Shown: piece after piece, positions 47,260 to 58,884 of the stretch | How positions within the stretch are numbered: position 1 is the stretch's first letter | How the letters are laid out: the number at the start of each line of letters is the position of its first letter | Assembly: GCA_002269645.1 (NCBI GenBank) | Contig: NIVC01000168.1 | Location: 1-64,000 of the forward strand | DNA length: 64,000 bases | Origin: Macrostomum lignano | Taxonomy: Eukaryota | Direction of reading: 5' to 3' | Program-made: the position numbers and the translations under genes | The notes under the pieces: model-generated | What the model was told of the DNA's origin: nothing | Seen by the model: only the letters and a program-made list of their open reading frames with translations | Databases searched by the model: none

Positions 47260-48861
47260 ATGGAGCCAGAATCCGACAGCTCCTGTGCTGAAAACTTTGA
47301 AAGCTGTACATCAAAGTTCTGCAATCAACGGGTAACGTCGCTCTGCCCACTCACTGGCTTGGGATTCTGTGAGCAGCATTTCAGCGTTGAAATAAAGAAG
47401 CTGGAAAGGAGGAAGACGGATGTTCTAAAGAGACTCGATACGGTCATCTCTGAATCTGAAAGAGGCTCGCTACGACTGGAGCAGCAGGCCCTGGCCACAG
47501 AGTTGCAGGAGGTCGCGGACATGTTCGATGCGGCTCAGGAGCGACTCCAGCAGTGGAGAGACCGGCTGATGTCGCGTGTCCAAGAGGTGCATGATGCAGT
47601 CGCCGAGAGGCTGCAAGACGCGAGCCAAGCAGAGGAGTGCGCCAAGGAGTTGGAAGAGAAATGCAACGATGGATTTTGCAATAAAGACGGCATAAAGCTT
47701 ATCGTCTCCCTAGAGTCGTGGCTCGACGAGGCCTGCAGTCGGTCGGAGAAGTTCAGCCAGCAACGAGTCGAGCTGCGCGATCGGCAGAACCGTCAGCTGG
47801 ACGATCAGGCAGCAGCAGGTACTGTTTTCCGGTGTGTGGGAGACGTAGCAGCAGGTGTTGAGCAGCTGCAGTTCGAGATCGACAGACATCTGACAGGTGT
47901 GATGCGGCAGTGCTGGCTCGATGACAGAGAGGCGTCTCCTGTGCTCCGGCCTTCGGGCTCAATCTCGGATCTGCCGACCAGTCCTTCGTACCTGGCCCTG
48001 TGCAGCAACACTCGGGGCTTCGCAGCCGACCCGTCGGGTCGCATAGTTCGAGCCGACGCTTCGACTGAGGCGTGCGAGCCCCTACCGGATGTGTGTGTTG
48101 CTGTGTCGTTTACTGAAAAGGATGTTGAATATATTCTCCTCATGTCGCTAGATGGTAGCATTCGTTTTCGATGCCAAAGCGAGCTGGATTGGAGCAGCCG
48201 GATATTTGGTCTTCAGTGTGACAGCAGTCGTCAGCAGTTGTATGTCGCCCAGGCTAATGCAGTGACAGCGATAGATTTGTCGGGTCAGGTTGTTCACCTC
48301 ATTACGAGGTCGGATTGCGGTGATGTATTCGGCACCATTTGCTCGGTAGACTGCTCTTTGGATAAAATATTTATTCTCAGTGAAAAACCTTACTGGTTAG
48401 TTGCTTTTAGCAAAGCATCGTTTGAGTGTGAGCTAACGGTAGATATGTCTCCATTCAGTACTGTTGATGGCGTCCGCAAAGTGTCTCTTAAAGGTCATAA
48501 AGCGCTTCTTTGCAACCCATTCAGCGGTCAATTAATTCGAATTTGTGGCATCACTGGTCAGCTGATAATGGCTTACCCCGTCAAATCAAATAATCAAGGA
48601 AGACTTTTTCAACCAGGGCAAGTAACTTTCAATGGTCGTGGCCTGCTGTTTTTTTCTGACTCTCACTGCGTCCGAATCATGACCCATGATGGAGCTATCC
48701 AGCAGACTCTTGGGGCTCCAACTGAACCTGGTTGTGGTGAACGGCAGTTTAAAAATCCTTTTGGTGTCATGACTACCGAAAAGACCAATCCTCACAAACT
48801 GTTCTTGGCTGATGTGGCGAACAATAGAATTTGCGTCTTTGAACTTTTTAATCCTGTTTAA
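47260..48861 (+). CDS. Array gene 6: B-box-like/coiled-coil/beta-propeller protein, 533 aa
   Basis: Intact ORF with an acceptor at about 47245 upstream. LFQPGQVTFNGRG and QFKNPFGV...LFLADVANNRICVF are NHL-type. Confidence 0.88.
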   Translation: MEPESDSSCAENFESCTSKFCNQRVTSLCPLTGLGFCEQHFSVEIKKLERRKTDVLKRLDTVISESERGSLRLEQQALATELQEVADMFDAAQERLQQWRDRLMSRVQEVHDAVAERLQDASQAEECAKELEEKCNDGFCNKDGIKLIVSLESWLDEACSRSEKFSQQRVELRDRQNRQLDDQAAAGTVFRCVGDVAAGVEQLQFEIDRHLTGVMRQCWLDDREASPVLRPSGSISDLPTSPSYLALCSNTRGFAADPSGRIVRADASTEACEPLPDVCVAVSFTEKDVEYILLMSLDGSIRFRCQSELDWSSRIFGLQCDSSRQQLYVAQANAVTAIDLSGQVVHLITRSDCGDVFGTICSVDCSLDKIFILSEKPYWLVAFSKASFECELTVDMSPFSTVDGVRKVSLKGHKALLCNPFSGQLIRICGITGQLIMAYPVKSNNQGRLFQPGQVTFNGRGLLFFSDSHCVRIMTHDGAIQQTLGAPTEPGCGERQFKNPFGVMTTEKTNPHKLFLADVANNRICVFELFNPV

Positions 48862-50559
48862 TCCAACTTCTACTTTTTTCCGATGAAGGTAAGAAAAAAA
48901 TAGCGTTCTCACAGCATTTACAGGTGCTGAGCTTGTTTTCTTAGCGTTATTGGTTTTTTGGTAATGTTTGAGGTCCAGCTTTACACTGCGTACTTATTGA
49001 CCGAAATCTGATTACTTGTTACTTATAAACAGTGCCCTAATGCTCCATTTGACATGGTAGTTACTTTTTTATTCACTTTTCTATTCCGAAGTTAGTCTGC
49101 CAAAAATATCTGATTAGCGAAGATACTATACAAACAAAACACTACTAAACAAAAGATACCAAACAAAACTGTCATCTTTGCGATCGTGAAAAAGATATTC
49201 AATGCGCAATGTTTGATACAATGATTGTTAATCGTTTACTACAAACAGTATTTTGTTACAACAAACAGATTTCCTTAAAAATTTGTGCCATTAAAAGCGC
49301 GAGTATTATTATTTCTGAACTTTGTTTTTAGAAAAGCACAGCCAACAACTTTCTTAAAATCTTCCAGAACGTCATTTACATCCTGGCCTATTGTATGTTA
49401 AAATGTCCTTTGAATTTTACTAACAGGTTTCATCGGCACCAATTCAGGCGTTATTATTATTACTGCTTTTTAGTATGAGCCGAAATCATAAGCTGCATGT
49501 ATCCTGCGTTTGCTATGCATTACCTGCTAATTTATGAGCGTATTTGCTTTTTTGTGATCGAAAACTGTATACTTTGCTGTTTTAGACTGTACTAACTGTA
49601 ACCTAAATATTAAGCGTTTCCTAATTATTTTTGTTTGCTAATTAATATTGTGTAAATTCAAATTATGGGCCCGATTTATTAGTTTTGATTGCTACTGTAC
49701 ATGCTTCTATTTACTGTAGAATTTAAATGCATATGATTTCAACGTACGTTATTTCAAATTTGTACTGTGCACTGAAGTGCTATTACAAACATATAGTCAC
49801 TTACATGGCAGTTAAGTTTTTGCTTTGGTTAACTTTTTTACTAAACAGTTTGTGAAAACTCCACTTCGGGGGTAAACCCCCCCCCCAAAGGCAGAGAGCT
49901 TGTATTTAAATATAGCTGGCCAACAATAATTAAAGGTTGTCTGACAATAAAGCGTAAGCCAATCACACGCGCGCGTGCAGGTGATTACACTGCACTGTAC
50001 ATTACACTGAGCGGAGCAACTGAGCAGACCCACGCTACCACACAGTTAGATGAAAAATGTGCAAGTACATCGATCTAGGCTCGTGTCCGCTCTGCAGCTT
50101 ATACCTGGGCTTTTCGCTCGTACATGTAGCATTAATTCAATTCTCACTTAATTCATGCCAAAAAACGACTAAAATAGAAATACAAGAATCATATTAAAGG
50201 ATCTGAATAGGGCCGCATATCAAATAAGCCATGCAGAAAGCAGTCAGATTTTGATTGATACAATCGACCTAGATTGATACTCGTACTTTGCAACTATACA
50301 GCTGCATAAAAATGGACCAGGAAAGTATTTAATGTGAACTTATACGTACCGCGCCCACAACTACTGAGGAAAAAACAGCATTCTTCCTGTTTACTAACAG
50401 TAGTAGTCTGAGCTCTGCTCAGTGCTTGCGGTCCCAATGCCCAAATGAGTGCCCTAACATCACCGATTCCATTAAAAAGTGTAGGAATAGGACTAGTAAT
50501 AGGAATTTAGTCACAGAATTATTGCTTAATTTTGCACCCTCCCCCATGCAGAAGGAAAA

Positions 50560-50562
<3 letters not shown>

Positions 50563-50598
<36 letters not shown>
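50563..50598. repeat. (GT)18 microsatellite
   Basis: Direct reading. Confidence 0.97.
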
Positions 50599-50600
<2 letters not shown>

Positions 50601-52399
50601 CTATGAATCGAGTCAATGCGCGATTTCTTGAGTGCCCGCCCTGCCGGATCAACTGCATTTACACAAACAATGCAAATGGCGACGCCAAATGATGAAGCTG
50701 ACGATTTGTGTACTCGCCACTCTGCACCTCACCGATTGCGTACATTATACATGTGTGAGCACCACTGCAGTCGCAGTTTTAAAAACATTAGGGTAAATGC
50801 CACCATTTTCATGCAGTTAGCACTGTAATACTCGTACATTGAAGCCAATTTGATAATATAGAAATTTTACACGTCGAATAAATTAATAGTACCAGTATTA
50901 ATTATATTCCATTAATATTCTAAATTTCAAACTCTAAAGTTATTTAAAAAAATTAAAATTACCGATTTGTTAAAGTTTGTTTATTCTTTAAGCGGGTTTA
51001 AATTTTCTTTTTTTCTTATAAAATCCTGTTTCCTGTAAAGCGTTAGCAAGTGAATAGTGTAGTGAGGTGGGGGTGGAGAAGAATTTTCTTGGAAACTCTC
51101 GGTTTCAAAATTTTGCTGACACCAGTGAAATGGGGCGGATTCCTCGTTTGAATTGCCGCCTGCGTTGTAGAAGCACGAATAAAGCCGGAAAATTGCACAA
51201 ATTGCTGCGCTGATTCTTCTCCTAGGTTACTCCGTCTGCCGGGTCCTCAATTCCGGGGGGAGGGTAGTCGTAATCGCAGTCGAGCGGTCTAGTAGCGGCC
51301 CGAGTCGTTCTGAATAGGTCCTCAGACACCGTAAACTCGTAGTTCGTCGAATATGCTCGTTTGGTTACTAACAGTAGTAGAGTAGCGCTGCCACCACCGT
51401 AAATGTCGTTTTACGGAACGTTTAGGGTCTCAGAGCTTTCTTTGAGATGAGACTGATTGGTTATTTTACGCCCCGCGGGCAAATGACTCAATAGAAACTA
51501 AAGGCTTCGATTCTGAACAACTGAATGAATATTAAATGTTGCGAACTTATTATTATTATAACGTTAATTGTTGTTACGGATTGTTATTATTATTGTTACT
51601 TATTTATTACTACGCGAGATGAAATGAGCAGAAACAAAAGGGAGAACTATAAAACTAAAACCAAAAACCAGAGAAAGCAAAAACAAAACCTTTAAACTTG
51701 ACTTCAGAGATAACTCAAATAAATAACATTTTGGCAGGAAGGATCCCAGGGGTGGGACGGAGGATGGGACAAGGGAAGGGACAACGAAGGGAAAAAGGAA
51801 AACCCGGCCGCTGGAAACATTAAAACAACAGGGGCCAAGGGAGGGAACAGAAAAGGGAACAGACGAGGGAGCAAGGGCGGGAACAACCGGGGGGAACAAG
51901 CCAGGGAACAAAAGTTGAAAAAAATGACGTCAGCCCGTCCGGCCGTCCTCATGTCGTTGCCCGCGGGAGGTCTGCCGTCGTTCACCCCAGTGGTAGACCG
52001 GCCTACCACAGTAGGAAGAAGAATTGGAGTAGAGTACATTGTGCTTGCGCAAGCAGTGTATTTGTATTATAGACTTCTAGTCTGGATAATTTGATTTGCC
52101 TATAAAAACTCTTTATTTGACCTATCTAGTCTATTGTTTGTCGAGTTAATTAATTAGGGATACACCGAGTCACCGACTTACTAAGTTACTACCTATCTTG
52201 AACTTGAATGACGATTAATCAAAGTAGTAAAATATTCAATAAATCCCATTTATTAAATAAAACCTAACGCCGAACGGGATAATTTAAGCTGCACCTTTCA
52301 TTTTTTGGCTTAGTGTTGTCAGTTCTAGGTTCTAGGATGGTTTTGTAGAATGAGTTTTTCTTTGCGACCACACAGTTAAAAGCCTTTCTGACTAGTCTA

Positions 52400-55300
52400 A
52401 TGCCTGAGCAAGTTGTTCGAATTGGTGTGACAGATTTTGTCACATATACATATGAAGATTTGCAGGATGCAACCAACAGTAGATTCATTCAAAAAATACT
52501 ACAACTAAGGAAAACTGTGGATTCAATTTCTTATGTATGTCAATTTTTTATTTTTATTGCCTGATTTTTAATATATAACCCATTTTAACTTTTTGACTAT
52601 GGCCTAAGAAAATAAATATTTTTTATGACAATATGACATGAATCCTTATTAACATTAGGCTAGAGCCTAGGTGAATTACAAATTTGAATGTTAAAAGAAT
52701 ATGCTTTTATAGGCCGGCATTCTTTCATTTTACGATCCCTGAGCAGGTCAAGTTTTGTCTTATGATCCCCATTAAAAAAGAGTCAAAAAGACACTTTAGT
52801 TCAACAAAAAAAGTACATTTCACATTTATTTTCCAAGAACAAAATCATTGCAACTCACTTTCTAGTCAACCTAATTCATCACTGCAACTCACTTTCTAGT
52901 CAACTTGAAGATTGTGGGTGTAGCATTAGTTATAAAAGCATGTAGCTTATATTCATTTTCGTCATATGATCATTTTAATGGTAAAGTTATATGTAGATGA
53001 TCGCAAGATGAAACTAAAAGAGCTTGTAGGTTTTGAATTACAATTACCGCATTGGTAGAATTGTATTAGAGGGATCGTATGACGAAAGTAAATGGATTAC
53101 ATATTACATCCCTGGTAAAGTTGCACCAATTCATGGCAGCTTTGGATACAAATTGCTACATTGATCTCTATCAACTCCATGATCTACAGGGTTCAAATAT
53201 AAGATTCACAAGTGCTGTCCCTCCCCTCACTTTCGTCATACAATCTACCTAGTTCATTGGACCTATGTGTTATACTAAGGGGTGATCATATGACAAAAGT
53301 GAAAGGGAGCATGGGGTGGCAGTGGCAACCAAAAAGGTATGCAAAAAGAGCCATGTAAAAAGAGCCAGGTGGCTTTTGGTTCACAGACATATTAGAGGCT
53401 ACGATTGATTGTTTGGTTGAAATGTCTATTATAGCAACAATTTCCTACCATTTCATCATACAATCCCTCCAATACAATTTTACTATTGGTGTGATAGTAA
53501 GTCGAAATCTACAAGCTCTTTCAGTTTTGTCTTGCAATCATCTGCATATAAATTCACTATTTAAATGATTGCACAATGAAAGTGAATATAAGGACAGGCT
53601 TCTAACTTTTATAAGACATAAGATTTTATGTTAAAATGACACACTTAGAAGTGGTCCCATTTTTAAGTTTGATTTTAAGATCAATTTCCATCCTGTATGG
53701 GGGGATCATATAACAAAAGTCCCAACTCCTATAGGGACAGTGCTAGGTGATTGTAAAACAAAAGAATGCCTATAGGCCTATGCTTATTTTATTATATGCA
53801 ACTGTCCAAGATAGAATTCTTGCACAAAATTTATTATGCATATCTATATGTGCTTGTCAAATTTATCCATAGGTTTATGCTAAAAATGGGCCTATCTGTT
53901 TGCATATACTTTAAAAAAAGTGTATATAGTAATTGTGTGCATTTGTACAAAAAACTATTTGCCATATAATCATAATGCATACAATACAAACATAGCAACT
54001 TCTATATTTCTTTAGTTTACCTTGTGTTCTTGATTGTTTATTTTCTTATGAAGTTTAGTCTAGACTTCTCTCTCTCCCTCTCTTCATTCTAATTGGTTCT
54101 CACTTTATCATTCTAGCCTTTTTTACCCTTTCATTCCATTTGTATAGCTAGCCCCAGAGTGCTTTCACAAGGTCGAAATTTCATGTTGAAAAGTAAATTA
54201 TTTCACAAGGTTGAAACTTCACAAGGTAAAAATTTCACAACATCAAAACCTTTAGCAAAGGACTTCATAAGGTTGAAATTTCACAACATAGAAAACTCAA
54301 ATGGCAGCCACTTTCACAAGGTCACAATTTTACAAAATTGAAATTTCACAATACCAAAACTCTAGCAGGAGATTTCATAAAGTCAAATTTTCACAAGGTC
54401 AAAATTTCATAACATTGAAAACTCAAATAGCATCTACTTTCACAGGGTTGAAATTTCATAAGCTCAAAATTTCACAACATCGAAAATTTAATATAACAAG
54501 AACTATAGAGTAGTTTTCTACGTTGTGAAATTTTGACCTTGTGAAATTTCGACCCTGTGAAAGTATATGCTATTTGAGTTTTCGATGTTATGAAATTTTG
54601 ACCTTGTGAAAATTTGACTTTATGAAATCTCCTGCTAGAGTTTCCGTGTTGTGAAATTTCAATTTTGTAAAATTGTGACCTTGTGAAAGTGGCTGCTATT
54701 TGAGTTTTTAATGTTATAAAATTTCACACTTCAATCTTGTGAAAGAATGTGCTTTCAACGTTGTGAAATTTGAAGTTTGTGAACCCCCCCCAGCCCCTTT
54801 CTTTTTTTATGCTTAAATCAAAGGCCAACTTCTCAGTTCTTAATGCCCCAATTCCTTTCCTTTATTTTTGAACCAAAAAGCTAATATTAAATTCTTTATT
54901 TATTTTAAATCTTTGCCCTACATCAAAGTGACTAATTGATATTTAGATTGTCAACTTTCAATTCTAATTCAAAATATATTATCTGTTCTTGACATTAACT
55001 ATTGCTACTAGAAGATATTCTATTAATTTGATTATTTGACAAAATTTTCAAATATTTGTCTCATTTCTATTTAATAAGGTGACAAAGTCTAAGGCTATTA
55101 GTCTAATTAGATAATGCTAGGTATATGCTAAAAATAGATAGAATATAAGATGTCTGCACTTTTCTTATTTTCCTTGTTATTTTTATTTCTTTAATTAAAA
55201 AACTTTTTCTCCTTGTTTCTCTGGTTTAGCATTTTTTGTTTTAGATTCTCATATTTATAACCTATATTATATTTAGTTAACCAATACAATTGTATCTTTT

Positions 55301-58300
55301 ATTCTTGCTAATAGGATTTGCTTTTTCTTTGACTTATCTTTTATTTCATTATGCCTTTAAGGGGTTTGGCCTAAAATTGTATTAATTTGACTTGAATAAA
55401 ATATAACCCAAGAGAAGAAAACTATTCAACATCAACAAACTCTACTTATTTATACCTATTAGGAAGGTAGTATAAAGGGGTTTTGTAGTGCCAGTTGGTT
55501 ATAATAGATTGTTAATTGAGTTTATTGATAGATTGGACCCAGTGCTATACTATAGTCAGTCTATGGTACTGTGGGTGATATTGCTAGTATATGTATGTGT
55601 GGAGATAATAGCTGCATAGATGACTTGATTGGATAGCTATCCATGAGCCTATGTTGGTATAGTGGGTCTTGACTTACTTGACTTAGCTGCAGGGGGCATC
55701 TGGCGGATGCAGCAAGGAGTTAGAGGAGACTGCCCATTCTACTAGCCCCTGGCAACCAATGACTTCCATTGAAGTGATGTCGCTCAGGGGGACCCGTCAG
55801 TCTCACATGCAGCGCGGTCCTCCTCACCAACGATAGGGAAGAATTCAGCTCATCCCATGTCCCTGAGGTACCAGGCAAACAGTGGGATGCTCTTGGGCCT
55901 GCAAACATTGGAGAGAACCAGGTTTGGCCCAAAATGAGTGAGCCTGGCCCTGGTAAAGACCAGACAGTGGCAGATAAAGTGCTTGGCATTTTCACTGCTT
56001 GAGCAGCAGAAGGGGCACCGCTCCTTGGGTACTTGGCCCTGAAGGAAACGGTGGTAAGAGAAGCAGCCATGCCCAGAGAGGGCTATGCTGACTGCTCTGA
56101 GGTCTTTGCGGTTGAGCCTGAGGAGGGCTCTATGCAGGAGAGGAAAGGGGCAGGGAATGGCAGCATGGGATTGCCTACAATTCTGGGTGTCATGCCCATA
56201 CATGCGCAACCTCCAAAATTCTGTTGGCCATGCGACTTAGTTTTAACAAAAATGCGACATAGTTTTTGGCCAAAAATGCGACTTATATGTAAAGAAACCC
56301 TAATGAAAAATTAACGCAACTTTGGGTAAACGGCAAGAGTAACTATGATTGTCTTATTAAGTCAAAATGCAAAATGCTACTTAGTACTACTACTTTGGTT
56401 TTTTTTCGGGTGGGCATTTTTGCAACTTCCTTGGTTGGCCACCAAATCGGTTGGCCAGATCGGCCGACTGTTGCGCATGTATGGTCATGCCACCTGTGGA
56501 GATGCTCGGAGTCACTCCAGCGCTTAACATGGGAACTGATCACCAAGGTGGGGATGGGGGCTCCTGGGCCCCGTCATTAGTGAGTGCCTTAACCATGGGG
56601 GCTACGGGGTGAGAGCCCTTAAGCCTTTTGCAGTATTGGCTTCCCCAATGGTAGCAGGTAGTATGTCCGCAGAGTCTACTTCGGTTAGAAGCCATTGGCT
56701 GGAAGTAAAAAAGGTGGGACTTCCTGCAAAACACAGGCAAAGAGCCACAAGCCTGAACCTGTAAACCAAGCAACAGGTCCCCAAAAAGCAAAATACCACC
56801 CTGCAGGGGGACCTCAAAGACGCAAGGGGAACCGTTAGCAACCAGATTACTCCCTGGCCAAGCATCCATCAGCATGGAGTTACAGTGGGACATTAAAGGT
56901 TGCATTTATATGGTCACATCAGCTCTGCAAGGTCCAAGAAGGCCTGCCTTAATACCCACGGGAGGATTACCCTTTGAAGTGCACCTTGCAAGGTGAAAAT
57001 CAGGAGACAGAGTCTTTTGAGCTATCAGCCTACCAGGAAAGGCAGGTGTGAGCATTGCTGGCTGGGATAAGAGCCATACCAGTCTCATACTGCATAGATA
57101 GTTCACCATGCCATTGCATGCAGGACCCAGGGTCCTGGGGGCAATAGCCCAGGTTATAGTGTGGGTAGGTTAAGATATATTAAGATATTGTGTCATTTGT
57201 GGGAACAGTGAGGCTGCCAATGGTTTAGCTATATTTATTATATGATAGCAATGGCAATGCAATGAGATTGAAAAGTAATGATGGCAGGCAATGGACAATG
57301 GTGCTTCAGGTGTCACTAGCAATGGAGTGCTGATTGCAAATGATGGCATGATGACATGTAAACACATTCTCAAAGAGGCTACTCGATGCCTCAATGGACC
57401 ATTTGTAGAAGGTTTTTGTTGGTTAGTGGATAAAAAAAAGGCGGTGGTTCTTTTAGTAGTATATCAATAGAAATGAGATTGGGGGTTTAGAGAAAAAAGG
57501 GGCGTGATTTGCGTCACTACCATCACCATATATTTATATATTTGTAAATGCTTTCTAGAAATTTCTAGAAAGATTTAATGCATCTTAACAAAGTGATTAA
57601 ACACTTAATTGTATACATTACAGAAATACAAGTAGAATGTTGACAGTTAAGTATTAATTAATTATTTACTATTTATAATGTGTGTATTATAGATAAGCTG
57701 CTAACTCAAAGAAGTTTCTAGAAAGACATAATAATGAATATTTCAACTTTTAGAAATCTGACAAAATTTCAAGAAAGTTATTTCAGAACACTATAGTATC
57801 AGTATTCATAGAATATTTAATATGTACTAGGAAGGTATTTATGCATGATAGTCTATAATTTATCTGTAATATTGAGTATCTATCTATTCATTAATATGAT
57901 ACTTAGTAAAAACAAATGTTGGCTAGGCAAATATTAAAAAAGAAAATAATTTAATTATTGTCATTAGTATTTTTTAGTCATTTTAAATCTTGTTATTCTG
58001 TTTGAATATATATCCACCTATACTAAATCTCTAAATAGTATATCTAAATTTCAAAATTGCACACAAAAATCTTGTTTTAAACACAAAGAATTATTGTTTG
58101 AGCAAATAAAAATCCGAGTTGTTTTAACTGGACTCTAAGCTACAATACTATATAACCTCCTAAGTATCCTAAGTAAATAGTCTTGTCTGCTCTTGTCCAT
58201 GCTAATGGACACTTTTTGTAACTATATTTGGATCTTATTTAAGCAGTTTTACTGTATTTTTATAATTTAAGTTTTGTTTTAATACCAAGTGTAAGATGAT

Positions 58301-58825
58301 AATGTATCATCTTTAACATGTATATGCATACTCTAACAGATTCTAAAATAGTATTTCCTCAATTCAAAACAAAAAATTCTAAGTAGAATGCAAACAAAAT
58401 ACAAATTTTTAATAATTCAAATACCTCTCATTAATAGGACTTGGACTTAGACAAAGCAGCTCTGAACAAGGTTCGCAAATCAGTGAAAGCTGTTTATGGA
58501 TCTGGAAAATGTAAGTTATATTTTTTAATTAAACTACTGGCATTATTTCTCGCATAGTAACACTTGCACCCCTGTCTTGTACCTGCAGCACACATTCAAA
58601 GCGAAAGCGATCTGTCTAATTTGCTAGCCGAGCTGGGCAACTATGCCATCGACGAGGGTGCCGATTCTGTTGGCAGCGCGCTGTCCAAATTCTCTGTTGT
58701 TACCAAGGAAACGAATTCTTATTTTGCTAATTTGGTATGCTCTGCTGCTGGCGGTTGATGTCACTTTTTTAGTGTTTCTTAGATGGATAGATTTATATAT
58801 ATATATATAGATAGATAGATAGAAG

Positions 58826-58884
<59 letters not shown>

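Noticed and set aside
30113-48912. Short antisense or overlapping ORFs within the array genes
   Set aside because: They are shadow frames of GC-rich coding sequence, and they repeat between copies only because the genes are paralogous.
50426-50692. ORF considered as the ASAP first exon
   Set aside because: It runs through the (GT)n repeat, and the exon at 52400-52534 matches the ASAP N-terminus and splices in phase.
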